DNA of 64,000 nt from Blastocatellia bacterium (GTDB taxonomy: Bacteria; Acidobacteriota; Blastocatellia; UBA7656), in NCBI GenBank assembly GCA_963765495.1, contig CAVXWP010000002.1, positions 512,001 through 576,000 of the forward strand. Direction: 5' to 3'. Made by a program: the position numbers and the translations under genes. Below the pieces are notes generated by a model. It did no database searches, was not told the DNA's origin, and saw nothing but the letters and a program-made list of their open reading frames with translations. Shown here in pieces: positions 21,219-31,276 of the stretch (the stretch's first letter is position 1; the number at the start of each line of letters is the position of its first letter).

Positions 21219-21659
21219 TCAGGAGCGTTTCAGGGCGCGGGCCATCAAACCGAGTCCGGCTGCAAAAAGCGTCAGCATCAGGATGGTATTGAACAGACTT
21301 GTGCGCTCAAAATAGATTTGCAGATTGGCCAGTATGCCTACGAATATTATCACCGCGCCGCCGCCTGCCAGCAGCCACCCGGCTATGGATTTTCCATTGA
21401 AAAAGAGCAGACCTATTCCGATAACAAGCGGTATCAGCGTAAGCCCGAAGGTGTTGCCGCCCCACCACGCCCAGTAACCGCTGGTTACCTGCACCTGATT
21501 CAAGATCAGGTATCCGCCGGCGATGGCCAGCGCAAGCCCGAACAGAAACATCCCGGTTCCGCCCGGCGTGCCGCCCGGCCCCTCGAATTTACGGGGGCCG
21601 CTCTCTTTATCGGTATCCGATTCATCCATCATAGGTTTCATTGGCCGGAAGATTATCAT
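21219..21659 (-). CDS. small 4-TM membrane protein
   Basis: GPGGTPGG motif followed by hydrophobic helices. Confidence 0.7.
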   Translation of the reverse strand: MIIFRPMKPMMDESDTDKESGPRKFEGPGGTPGGTGMFLFGLALAIAGGYLILNQVQVTSGYWAWWGGNTFGLTLIPLVIGIGLLFFNGKSIAGWLLAGGGAVIIFVGILANLQIYFERTSLFNTILMLTLFAAGLGLMARALKRS

Positions 21660-21784
21660 TGTGCGCGCCGCCGGTCAATAATCGATCTCAACGGCTTGCT
21701 GATGCGAAAAATTGGAACTAACCTTGAGCAGCGGCTTTGAATTTGTGTGGAGCAGACTTTCAGGCCACCTTTGAAGGAGCGATT

Positions 21785-22435
21785 ATGATAAGTCATTCGA
21801 GGTTATTGATTGCGCTTTTTACTATTACGTTGATATTTGCGCTAAGAGTGGCGGGTGCGGCTCAGGAGTCATCCGGCCAGGACACGACGAGAAAGCCGCG
21901 TCCTTCCCGCTCAGATCAAAAACCCGCCGATGAGACGGTCGTAAAAGACGACGCGGAAAATGCACTTGAAACCACTGACCAGGCAATGCGCCGTGTGATG
22001 GTGCGCCTGTCGGATCAGATAGGACTGCTCACGAATGAGGTCAAACGACTTCGCAAAGAGACCGAGCGCAATTCACAAACGATGGAGCTTTTGCTTTTGG
22101 AAGAGCGTCTCGCAAGAGTCGAATCAAAACTCGAAGATGCGCAGGACCAGAAATATCAATTCGATGCGCAGGAACTCGACATTCAGCGCCGCCAGCAAAA
22201 CATCCAGCAGGAGGTGATGTTGAGAGGCGGATTGCGGCGCGATGAAGCCGAACGGGCCATCCGCGCAGAGTTCCAGCGCGCCCTGGAAAACATCCACAAA
22301 CAGCAGGAGTTTTACGAGCAGCGCATAGCCGAACTCCAGGCCGAAGCCGAACGCCTCCGCCTGCGCGTGCAAACTCTCAGATTAAAGCTTGAACCGCCAG
22401 ACGAGCCAAAAGAGCCGTCTCAGCAACAGGACTGA
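21785..22435 (+). CDS. secreted coiled-coil protein
   Basis: Signal peptide followed by long E/Q/R-rich heptads. Confidence 0.7.
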   Translation: MISHSRLLIALFTITLIFALRVAGAAQESSGQDTTRKPRPSRSDQKPADETVVKDDAENALETTDQAMRRVMVRLSDQIGLLTNEVKRLRKETERNSQTMELLLLEERLARVESKLEDAQDQKYQFDAQELDIQRRQQNIQQEVMLRGGLRRDEAERAIRAEFQRALENIHKQQEFYEQRIAELQAEAERLRLRVQTLRLKLEPPDEPKEPSQQQD

Positions 22436-22459
22436 GGCGATATCCTGTCGCCAAAACGA

Positions 22460-23707
22460 TCAGCGATCAACAATCGTTACCTTGCATGGAATCTCGACCC
22501 GGGGGTTCTGCGGATCATCCGTATCTACTCGCAGGACTCCATTGTATCTCCCCGCGACAGGATGGCTTTCCGGGTTCCACTCTATCTTGACGACATAATT
22601 GCTGCCCTCGACGACGGTTTGCAGACTCAGTCTGAGGAAAGGAAGCGATGACTCGAGTTTGATCGGATGGAATGTGCCTGCAAGCTTTCTTATACCTGCT
22701 CTCCCGAGTCTCGGACTGAACGTATTGAGATTCGATAAAGAAACCTTGCCAAGATCGACCACATCGGGCGTATGAACCAGGCTTTCACCCAAAACGTTGA
22801 GGGATAGCTCTATCGCCAGCCCTTCGGAATCCGCCCCTTCGGGCTTGAGAAGGATCGGCACAGAGCGAGTACCCGCCTCGCTCATCGGATCAACATCAAC
22901 GCTCAATTTGTAGCCGTTCCCCTCGTCGCTCAGTTTATATTTAACCGTTCCGGCAGCACCGGAGGTCAGTAGCAGTTTCCGAGCCTCCTCGCCTGCGGGC
23001 CTTATTCTGAGCCAGAAGCTGAAAGCTTTGCCTCGCTCAAGCGTGATTGCCGGGTGAGCCGATGGCCAGATTTTGAAATCGCCGGAGGGCTCGCCAAACT
23101 GGGTATTGGCATTGGCAATGCGCTTAACAAAATCTGGAAGAGCGATTATCACGCCAAAGACCCTCAGTTTTATAACCGGGTGGCTCGGGTCGTTGGTCAG
23201 CAACTCGAAGTTTTGCTCCAGAGGGCCAACTTTGTCTGCGACGTGAATTGCTATGCGAATGGTGCCAGCCTGACCAGGCTGTATGACTTTTGGAAAGTAA
23301 AAGTCAACCGCGCTACATCAGACGGGCGACCGGGGCGCGAGAGAAAACTTTGCCTGGAAGAGGTCAAAGCGAATCGCGGCGCGGGGTTTGGCCGATTTTT
23401 TGATTGACGCCTTTCGAGTTGCGGGTGTTTCGGCTTGAGAGAGTTCAAGAGGCGCGGCCCCGGCATTCTTCACCACGAACAATTGCATGAGTTCTTCGCC
23501 TACGACTACTTCGCCGAGGTCTTTACTCCCTGCGCCCATAACGAGCAGCGGCAGACTCGAAGCAGATTGCTGCCGTTGGCCCCTGGCTTCGGCAGTAATA
23601 AAAGGTAAGGCGGGCAGCAGCAATGCCATGAAGAAGGCTAAAGAGCGCAGAGCGCCGTAGCGTAAAATGCTCGGGTGTGACATTGAATGGAGCGATCGTT
23701 CCGGCAT
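22460..23707 (-). CDS. DUF1573-like Ig-fold exported protein with in-frame TGA at 23318-23320 (candidate selenoprotein/readthrough, or pseudogene)
   Basis: ORFs 23318-23707 and 22460-23203 are in the same frame and joined by 38 sense codons (SPV*CSAVDF…IQPGQAG…LTNDP); DLGEV…F.VKN.G..PL and TNDP/TDDP motifs. Confidence 0.7.
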
Positions 23708-23810
23708 GATTAAAAACGTATACAGTTTGAGCGCGTCAGGGTTTAAGTTCTTTCACACGCGCTCATCTGAGATTTCACAAGTCTCAAATCTCGGCTTGTA
23801 CAGAACGATT

Positions 23811-24683
23811 CTACTCTGAATCCTTTTGCAGAGGCTTTATTCCCGCCTGACGATTCAATACATAATCGAAGAGTCTTTCGGGCAGGAAACGTTTAGCCGC
23901 AATCGCCAGTCGCGCGTGTCGTGGAGCGGCATAGCGCGGGCGCGGATGCTCTGATGTAAGCGAGCGCATAATGAGTTCGGCTATATCGTCGGGCTTGCCT
24001 GCCATCCGCCTCATCCGTTCATACCCTTGCTTGAAATTCTCATAAAACGGCGCGTATGGACTCTCTTTCTCGACGATGGGTTTCGATACTTCATTGGCTA
24101 CCTGAAGAAATTCGGTGACTATAAAACCGGGCTCGATTACGACTACCTTGATGCCAAACGGAGCAAGCTCTCCGCGCAATCCGTCGGAGACGGCTTCGAG
24201 CGCGTGTTTTGTTGCGTCGTAGACGGAAGAGAGCGGGCGGGCAACTCGCCCGGCGACGGAGCTGACATTGACTATGCGCCCGCTTCTCTGTTTTCGCATT
24301 ATGGGAATGACAAGCTGGGTGAGCGCGATCAGAGAAAAGAGGTTTGTCTCGAAATTCCGGCGGATGTTTTCGATGGGGACCATCTCGATGGGACCGCGCT
24401 GGCCGTATCCCGCGTTGTTGACGAGCGCGTCGATGCGGCCTGTCATGCCGAGGGTTTCGCGCACGATTCGCTCGCGGTCTTCGTCCCGCGTGATGTCTGC
24501 CGGTATTGCGAGCGCGCTTCCCCCCGAGGCTTCGATTTCGCCTTTCATCTGTTCGAGCCGCTCGCGCCTGCGCGCAACCAGCACGATCAGCGCCCCTTCG
24601 CGCGCAAGCATGTAGGAGGCGGCTTCGCCTATACCGGCCGACGCGCCCGTTATTATTACTACCTGTCCGTCAAGTCTTCCCAT
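23811..24683 (-). CDS. SDR-family oxidoreductase
   Basis: TGASAGIG, NNAG and YDATK (YxxxK) motifs. Confidence 0.92.
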   Translation of the reverse strand: MGRLDGQVVIITGASAGIGEAASYMLAREGALIVLVARRRERLEQMKGEIEASGGSALAIPADITRDEDRERIVRETLGMTGRIDALVNNAGYGQRGPIEMVPIENIRRNFETNLFSLIALTQLVIPIMRKQRSGRIVNVSSVAGRVARPLSSVYDATKHALEAVSDGLRGELAPFGIKVVVIEPGFIVTEFLQVANEVSKPIVEKESPYAPFYENFKQGYERMRRMAGKPDDIAELIMRSLTSEHPRPRYAAPRHARLAIAAKRFLPERLFDYVLNRQAGIKPLQKDSE

Positions 24684-24735
24684 AAACCCTTGAAGCTCAG
24701 ATTTTCAGATTTCAGATTTGAGGAATCTAAATCCG

Positions 24736-25467
24736 TTAGAACTTGGATGAGAGATAATATCTGACCATGCTGCGCCAGGTAGGCCAGTCGTGCGGCTGGT
24801 CATGGCCCCACATATCCAGCTCGTGAGGGATGCCCTTACTGGCCAGTATCCCCGACAATCGCTTCGAGCCTTCCGGGTTTTCCCATTGTCCCTGCCCCGT
24901 GACTATATAGATGAGTCTCTTCTGTTGCAGGAGCCAGAGGTCGTGGTCTCCCATATTCGGCAGATAGTCAACCGGGTTGTTGAAATAGATATTGTCATCG
25001 TAATAATCGCCCGAAAAGTAATGAAGTATGTCGTAATCGCCGCTCATCGCGAGCACGCCGTCAAACAGATCGGGTCTGCGAAATAACTGGTTGGCTGCAT
25101 GGAATGCGCCCAGGCTGGCCCCGCCTGTTATGATGCCTATACGGCTCTGACAGCTATTCCAGATAAACGGGACTATCTCATTTGCGATGTAATTATTGTA
25201 CTGCACCTGCCGCCACGCTTTTTCACCCGGATGCACACTGTCATTGAGCCAGCTAGCCCGGTTGATGCTGTCGATGGAAAAGACCTTGACCTTTCCCGCT
25301 TCGATAAACTCAGCCATCGCGTCAATCAGATAGAACCGCTCGTATTCCAGAAAATCTGCCGCCGCCGTCGGGAACATCAGCAGCGGGAATCCATAATGAC
25401 CATAGGTGACGATTGACATGGGGCGATTCAGACTTGGGCTGTGCCAGGTGTCTATATTTCTATGCAT
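24736..25467 (-). CDS. putative esterase (alpha/beta hydrolase)
   Basis: YGHYG.P, GASLG nucleophile elbow and HDWPTW. Confidence 0.85.
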   Translation of the reverse strand: MHRNIDTWHSPSLNRPMSIVTYGHYGFPLLMFPTAAADFLEYERFYLIDAMAEFIEAGKVKVFSIDSINRASWLNDSVHPGEKAWRQVQYNNYIANEIVPFIWNSCQSRIGIITGGASLGAFHAANQLFRRPDLFDGVLAMSGDYDILHYFSGDYYDDNIYFNNPVDYLPNMGDHDLWLLQQKRLIYIVTGQGQWENPEGSKRLSGILASKGIPHELDMWGHDQPHDWPTWRSMVRYYLSSKF

Positions 25468-25627
25468 TCAGCATCTCCTGTTCTTCTCAGATTCTAATGG
25501 CGCGTACCCTGCTAACAGGTAAGGCCGCTCGATAACGCATAATAAAAGCACGGAGCGCGATACTTACGCAACCGGGCAGATACCTGCGCTCGCAATTCCC
25601 TCTGATTTTGAGTCAATATTTTTCCGC

Positions 25628-27046
25628 TCAACGAACGGGGCGGCACTTCCAGTAATAATTATTAAAGCCTTCGGCCGTATAGAGCTTGCGAAATGTCATC
25701 TCGACCGGCTGCTCGATCTTTACATCCTCCGGGTTGCGGTCGGTCATCATCAGGTAGGCCCGGCCTCCGCCCTCGAAATCGACTATGCTCATAACCGTGG
25801 GCGGATCGGGGTCGGCATTCAGGAAATCAACCGTAAAAGTAAAGAGCCGGGCAGGCTTATCGGCCAGTCGGACGCTTTCAAAGTTATCTTTAGACTGACA
25901 TCCGATGCACAGGCGCTGGCGCGGATACTGTACCTTGCCGCAGGCGAGACAGCGATAGCCGTAAAACTTATAAATCTCATCGCGGCGGCGCAGGCTTTGA
26001 GCAGCGGAAGCGGTAGGCGACTGACGGCGCGCGGCTTCGGTTTCAAGCAGATCGCGAAATCTGGCGTATCGTTCGTAATTTTCAAGATAGCCTTTCGATT
26101 CCAGATACCCGCGCACGCCCCTTTGCGCCGACCCTCTCAACTCTTCTATCTCTTCGGTGACTTCAAAGAGCAAAGCGTCACACCCGTTGCCGTAACCGAC
26201 TACGAGAAGTTTTTCGCCCGGCTGCGCGTCTTCCAGAACAGACGAGAGCACAAGCAGAGGCATCGCCGTGCCCGTGCTCCCTACGGATGAAAAGAGGTGA
26301 TCGGGGATCTGTTCGGCTTTGAATCCGAGCAACTTCGCCACGCCCGCAAGAGCGCCCTGATCCGGCGCATAAAAGATCGCCTTTGCGATTTCCGAGGGGC
26401 CGACCCCTGTGCGCTCGAACAAATCATTTACCGTATGTCTCACAACCCTTTGATACCCTTGCGACACGGCGAACCGCTCTTCCCATCCTGTGACAAACTG
26501 ATCGTCGGCCTTGCGCCAGACATCGGTGATTTCATCCACGGTCGAATGGGCGGCGATAAGTTTTGCGATCACCCGATCACAGCCTATCTCCACTGCCGAA
26601 GCCGCATCGCCAAACACCCGTTCGTTTGCCGACCTGGGCGGGGCAATTCGAGTATCGGCAGCGGCGATGATAATCTTTAAGGCAGAACCCGATTCGACCG
26701 AATCTGCCGCCGCGCGAATGGCTGTGGTGGCCGATCTCAGGGAGTTGGTATAGTCTGCGGTCCTCACGTCCATCCGCAGATCGGCCACCGTGGCAATCAG
26801 CGCCGAAGCCTGTTTCTCGCTATAAGGCGAAGTAGTCGAGGCAAAGACGAGGCCGTCAACTTCGCGCCCCTCGCGCTCGCCGAGCAGGTCGCGAACGGCT
26901 TCGATTGCCATAGTGATCGAGTCTTCATCGACTCCGGCAACGGCGCGCTCGCCCGCGCCCGCTCGCCCGCCCCAGGCTCTTGCGATCTCTTTATGAGTAA
27001 GACGATAAAAAGGTATGTACGCTCCGAAAGCCGTTATTCCTGTCAT
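25628..27046 (-). CDS. HMG-CoA-synthase/KASIII-like fold fused to DUF35 Zn-ribbon/OB-fold
   Basis: DEDSITMA, STTSPY, GDAA and GYGNG motifs; C-terminal CLACG…CIGC and YYWKC. Confidence 0.85.
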   Translation of the reverse strand: MTGITAFGAYIPFYRLTHKEIARAWGGRAGAGERAVAGVDEDSITMAIEAVRDLLGEREGREVDGLVFASTTSPYSEKQASALIATVADLRMDVRTADYTNSLRSATTAIRAAADSVESGSALKIIIAAADTRIAPPRSANERVFGDAASAVEIGCDRVIAKLIAAHSTVDEITDVWRKADDQFVTGWEERFAVSQGYQRVVRHTVNDLFERTGVGPSEIAKAIFYAPDQGALAGVAKLLGFKAEQIPDHLFSSVGSTGTAMPLLVLSSVLEDAQPGEKLLVVGYGNGCDALLFEVTEEIEELRGSAQRGVRGYLESKGYLENYERYARFRDLLETEAARRQSPTASAAQSLRRRDEIYKFYGYRCLACGKVQYPRQRLCIGCQSKDNFESVRLADKPARLFTFTVDFLNADPDPPTVMSIVDFEGGGRAYLMMTDRNPEDVKIEQPVEMTFRKLYTAEGFNNYYWKCRPVR

Positions 27047-27318
27047 GAAAAGTCTCCGCGCGCAGGTATACCAGAGCCGTTTCACAGGAGTCAAGGCAGG
27101 TTATATCCGCACAGGAAAGAACTGATCGCCTTATGAAAAATCTTTGCCTGCCCTGTGCCTTTGCGCCCTGGCGAGCAACTATTTCTCGCCCATCCGCTAA
27201 GTAACCTGAATATGCAAAGATTTTCCTGAGAATTTAATGAGCTATGGAATTCGCCTTCGATTGAAGTTTTCTGCTTTCGTCATTATTCTTGTACATCCGA
27301 AAAGGAGCCGGATTATTT

Positions 27319-28170
27319 ATGAAAGAGACTTTTGCCAAGCCAGCAAAACCAAATCGCCTTGCCGGTCGATTTCATCTTGCCGCGATGCTGATCCTTTTTC
27401 TTTCGATGACGGCGGCAGCGCAAAAGGCAACGGGGACCGCTGCCGCCACCACACAGGCCGACAACGAATACCAGACCGGCGCTGTGCTCTGGACGCAAAC
27501 GGCAGCCGAGGTTCGCGCCCTGCGTTTTCAGGCTTTTAAGCTTGCGCGGCTGGTCTTTGACCGCGACCTCAGAGCAAATCGTCGTTCGCGAAGACGCGCG
27601 GTCGTCGTGGATGTGGATGAGACGGTCCTTGATAACAGCCGTTATCAAGCCGGGTTGATCCTAAATCGCCAGCCTTTCACCGAAGCTACGTGGACCGAGT
27701 GGTGTAATCGAGCCGAGGCGGACGCAATCCCTGGAGCGGTAGAATTCTTGCGCTACGCGGCATCGCGAGGGGCGCGAATATTCTACGTGACCAACCGCCG
27801 GGAGACGGTGAAAGAAGCGACGATACGCAACCTAAAACAGAAGGGGTTTCCTGATATAAGCGAGCAGACTGTAATGACGCGAACGGATGTTTCGAGTAAA
27901 GAACCGCGCCGCGAGCAGATCCGCCGACGTTATCGTATCGTGTTGTTTGCGGGCGATAATCTGGCCGATTTCAGCGACATTTTTGGAGGCAGGACTCCCG
28001 AAGAGAGAGCCTCCGCCGCTGACGGGGCGCGCAATAAATTCGGCGCGCAATTCATCGTGCTGCCAAACGCGATGTACGGCGATTGGGAAAGCGCCGTCTA
28101 CGGCAATGACTTCAAATTGAGCGAGGAAGAGAAGGCAGCGCGCAGGAAAGCGGCGCTCAAATCGCAATGA
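27319..28170 (+). CDS. 5'-nucleotidase / class C acid phosphatase, e(P4) family
   Basis: DVDETVLDNS, YVTNR, GDNLADF and LPNAMYGDWE motifs. Confidence 0.9.
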   Translation: MKETFAKPAKPNRLAGRFHLAAMLILFLSMTAAAQKATGTAAATTQADNEYQTGAVLWTQTAAEVRALRFQAFKLARLVFDRDLRANRRSRRRAVVVDVDETVLDNSRYQAGLILNRQPFTEATWTEWCNRAEADAIPGAVEFLRYAASRGARIFYVTNRRETVKEATIRNLKQKGFPDISEQTVMTRTDVSSKEPRREQIRRRYRIVLFAGDNLADFSDIFGGRTPEERASAADGARNKFGAQFIVLPNAMYGDWESAVYGNDFKLSEEEKAARRKAALKSQ

Positions 28171-28206
28171 GGCGATTCAAATTGCGCCTCTCTTATCCGT
28201 TTTTAT

Positions 28207-28770
28207 TTAGCGCAATATGGTTTTATCGGGCTGTTCATCTTCCCACGTAGCGGATGTTATCCACCATCGCGACCCGTCAAAATAAAGCTCGATGCTGTTT
28301 ATGCCGCGAGCGATCACCGGGCCGTCGGCTTTATTGCGCGTTTCATAGGTGCTGAATACCTGCGCGATGTTGTCATACTGCTGAGTGACGCGTTTCACCT
28401 CGCGTTCGAAGAATCCCTCTTTCACCATGTATGCGTCTGCGCTGTCCACATAAGTCTGATGGTCCATCACGACTGCTTGCGGCTTGCCGTCACGCACGTC
28501 CACGGCGATGAATCTGATCCCCGGCAGGTAGAGCGTGCGGTCACGCGCCCACTGTCTGGGCTGGCCTGCCGGACCTGATATCACATCGTAAAAGGCCGCG
28601 ATTATCCCGTCCAGCGTAGCGACATCGGCAGGGCTCGGCGCGATAGTCTCGACTTTCATCTGAGGCGGTTTCTGAGACTTCGCGCTCTTCTGCGCGAACG
28701 TTGAATCATCCATTTGACAGATCAGTATTACAATCAGAATGAGGAGTCCGGGCAGGATGATCGAGCGCAT
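28207..28770 (-). CDS. secreted NTF2-like hypothetical protein
   Basis: Signal peptide; YDVISGPAG…RGINSIELY…WWI. Confidence 0.7.
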   Translation of the reverse strand: MRSIILPGLLILIVILICQMDDSTFAQKSAKSQKPPQMKVETIAPSPADVATLDGIIAAFYDVISGPAGQPRQWARDRTLYLPGIRFIAVDVRDGKPQAVVMDHQTYVDSADAYMVKEGFFEREVKRVTQQYDNIAQVFSTYETRNKADGPVIARGINSIELYFDGSRWWITSATWEDEQPDKTILR

Positions 28771-28928
28771 AGTCTCTCCTTTCCATTCGCAAATGAAGTG
28801 ACATCACCGATTATTGAATAAACAAGCCTTGAGTTTCTTATCGCACTTCGCGTCTTTGCCGGTAACAGGTTCTCGCAAAGACGCGAAGACGCAAAGTAGG
28901 CTAAGAATTTCCTGAGAATTATATGGCC

Positions 28929-30953
28929 CTAACGCCGCAGGGCAGAAAGAGCTACGCGGAATCCGAAGATATAGTTAGCCCCCTCGGGCGTTGCCCATGT
29001 TCGGTCGGCAGAGCGGCAGATGCCGGCATTGCCGTACCACGACCCGCCGCGCAGCACGCGGTCGAGCACAGCCTCGGTATCTTCGAATGCCGTGCCGTCC
29101 GTAGGCGTATTCTGATAGCTATTCTGCCACTCGTCCTGGCACCATTCCCAGAGATTGCCGTGCATATCGAACAGACCGAAACCGTTTGCCATCTTTGTGC
29201 TTCCCACAGGCATGGTCTTTTGTCTGTTGAGCCCTTTCGCCTCATCCGCGTAAGGATACTCTCCGTTGTAATTGACAAGCTCGGGCGTGATCGTATCGCC
29301 GAAATGAAAGGGCGTCTCGGTTCTGGCGCGACAGGCATATTCCCATTCGGCCTCAGAGGGAAGCCGGTATGCGCGTCCGGTCTTTAAGGAAAGCCGGGCA
29401 CAAAACTCCGTCGCGTCTTCCCACGAGATGGTGTCAACCGGCAGATTATCTCCCTTGAATTTGGAAGGGCTGGGGTTCAAATCGTATTCAACTTTGGGCA
29501 GCGCGGCCACGGCTCTCCACTGCGCCTGAGTGATTTCGAATTTTCCCATGTAAAACGGCGGGACGTTGACCTGATGTTGAGGCCCTTCATAAGGCAGCCG
29601 CTCCTTTTCGTTATCCGGCGAACCCATCATGAATGCGCCTCCGGGGATTTCCACCATATCCAGCATCGCCCCGTTGAGGTCTTCTGAAAAAACCCGCATC
29701 TCACCCTGTCGCTTTCTTGTTACGCGACCCGCCGAATCCAGCATCACTAAATCGAAGGTAAAAGGCCGCAAGGGCGGAACTTCTATCTTTGGTAGCGAAG
29801 CATCCCCAGCCGGTTTCAAAGCCGTCGATGCCTCTATCATCTCTCCTCGATTTTCGCCACGCCTGAACCCAACCCATAGCGCCAGAGCCACTATGACCAT
29901 CATCGCGGCAGCCATGCCGATCCGCACGAAAGGCACCCGGCCTCTCGCTCCTGTTTGCGTGTTTCTCCCTCCGACAGCCTCTACCTCCGTAGCCTGAACT
30001 GGTGACACTTGAACCGAGGTTGTGGAATCGGATTCGGGAGAAATGCTTGCGCCTTCCGACGAACCTTCAAAAGGCTCGGCTCCGCTGCTCCTGATAATGG
30101 TGACATCTTCACGTCCGGGCAGATTATGCATCGCGGCTCGCCAGGCTTTCCGCATCTGGGCCGCGTTTGCAGGGCGAAGCTCGCGGTTCTGCTCCATAGC
30201 CTTCATCAGGATGTCGGCAATGGTCCGAGGCACATCCGGGTTCAAGTCGCAGGCAGCCACCAGCGGATCGGGCTGGCCGCAGATGGAAGCCGACGCGCGC
30301 GCAAGAGCATCGGGCGGCGTCACACAGGTCATCAAATGCTGAAGCGTGGCGGCGAGCGAATAGAGGTCGCTGCGCGGGTCTGTGCCTGTTCCCTGAATCT
30401 GTTCAAGCGGCGCGTAGTGCGGTGTGTAGCCCAGAATGCTTCCGCCCCCGGTCACTTGCGACATCATCTGCGGCGAGCCTTTAGCCAGCCCGAAATCGAG
30501 CAGGATTATCTCTCCGCGCTCGGTCAGCTTCAGATTCTGCGGTTTGATATCTCGATGGATGATCGGCGGCTCTTGCGCGTGAAGGTATTCAAGCGAGTCG
30601 AGCAGTATATCGCCCCACTTGAGGACATCGCTGACGGCAAAAGGCTTGCCGAGGCGTTCGAGAAGTGTGGCCAGATCGTCACCCGGAATGTATTGCATAA
30701 TGAGGAACTGGCCTGCGTCCTCCATGAAATGGTCGCTTACAACCGGAAGGGCGGCGTGCCGCAGCCCGGCAAGCAACCGGGCCTCGCGCTCGAAGGCTTT
30801 GCGAAGATGGTCATCGGTAAAAAAAGTCTCTTTGAGCGCGATGATGCTGCCCAGGCGCTGATCCCTCGCCTGATAAACCGCGCCCATTCCGCCTTGAGCT
30901 ATTAACCTGATGACCAGATAACGATTCTGTAACAGGGTGTCGGGTGCAAGCAT
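28929..30953 (-). CDS. Ser/Thr protein kinase-TM-FGE/SUMF1 domain protein
   Basis: GGMGAVY, HRDIKPQN, DFG and YAPLE kinase motifs; TM; RLPSEAEWEYACRA, DMHGNLWEW and RGGSW. Confidence 0.92.
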   Translation of the reverse strand: MLAPDTLLQNRYLVIRLIAQGGMGAVYQARDQRLGSIIALKETFFTDDHLRKAFEREARLLAGLRHAALPVVSDHFMEDAGQFLIMQYIPGDDLATLLERLGKPFAVSDVLKWGDILLDSLEYLHAQEPPIIHRDIKPQNLKLTERGEIILLDFGLAKGSPQMMSQVTGGGSILGYTPHYAPLEQIQGTGTDPRSDLYSLAATLQHLMTCVTPPDALARASASICGQPDPLVAACDLNPDVPRTIADILMKAMEQNRELRPANAAQMRKAWRAAMHNLPGREDVTIIRSSGAEPFEGSSEGASISPESDSTTSVQVSPVQATEVEAVGGRNTQTGARGRVPFVRIGMAAAMMVIVALALWVGFRRGENRGEMIEASTALKPAGDASLPKIEVPPLRPFTFDLVMLDSAGRVTRKRQGEMRVFSEDLNGAMLDMVEIPGGAFMMGSPDNEKERLPYEGPQHQVNVPPFYMGKFEITQAQWRAVAALPKVEYDLNPSPSKFKGDNLPVDTISWEDATEFCARLSLKTGRAYRLPSEAEWEYACRARTETPFHFGDTITPELVNYNGEYPYADEAKGLNRQKTMPVGSTKMANGFGLFDMHGNLWEWCQDEWQNSYQNTPTDGTAFEDTEAVLDRVLRGGSWYGNAGICRSADRTWATPEGANYIFGFRVALSALRR

Positions 30954-31276
30954 AACGATTCCTTATCTCATCCGAGAAAAACGTTCGATAACCTGCTCGG
31001 GAGCACTGGAGCTACGGGGGATTATCGCGCCTGTACCTACATTAAACAAGAGATATTTCCACGGGATCAGGAACTTCGTGGCAGGGCTGTTTGGTTTTCC
31101 AGGAATGTAGGGTAGGAAATTAGAAACAGGCCACGGAATCGACGGGTTTTCACGGATTTTCACGGATTTGACCGTATAGTGTCTGATCCGCGTAAATCCG
31201 CCCGATCCGCGTAAATCCGTTGCCTATTCCCATTTGCCCGATTTGATTTTGAGGAATACCCAAATACCCGGATATA

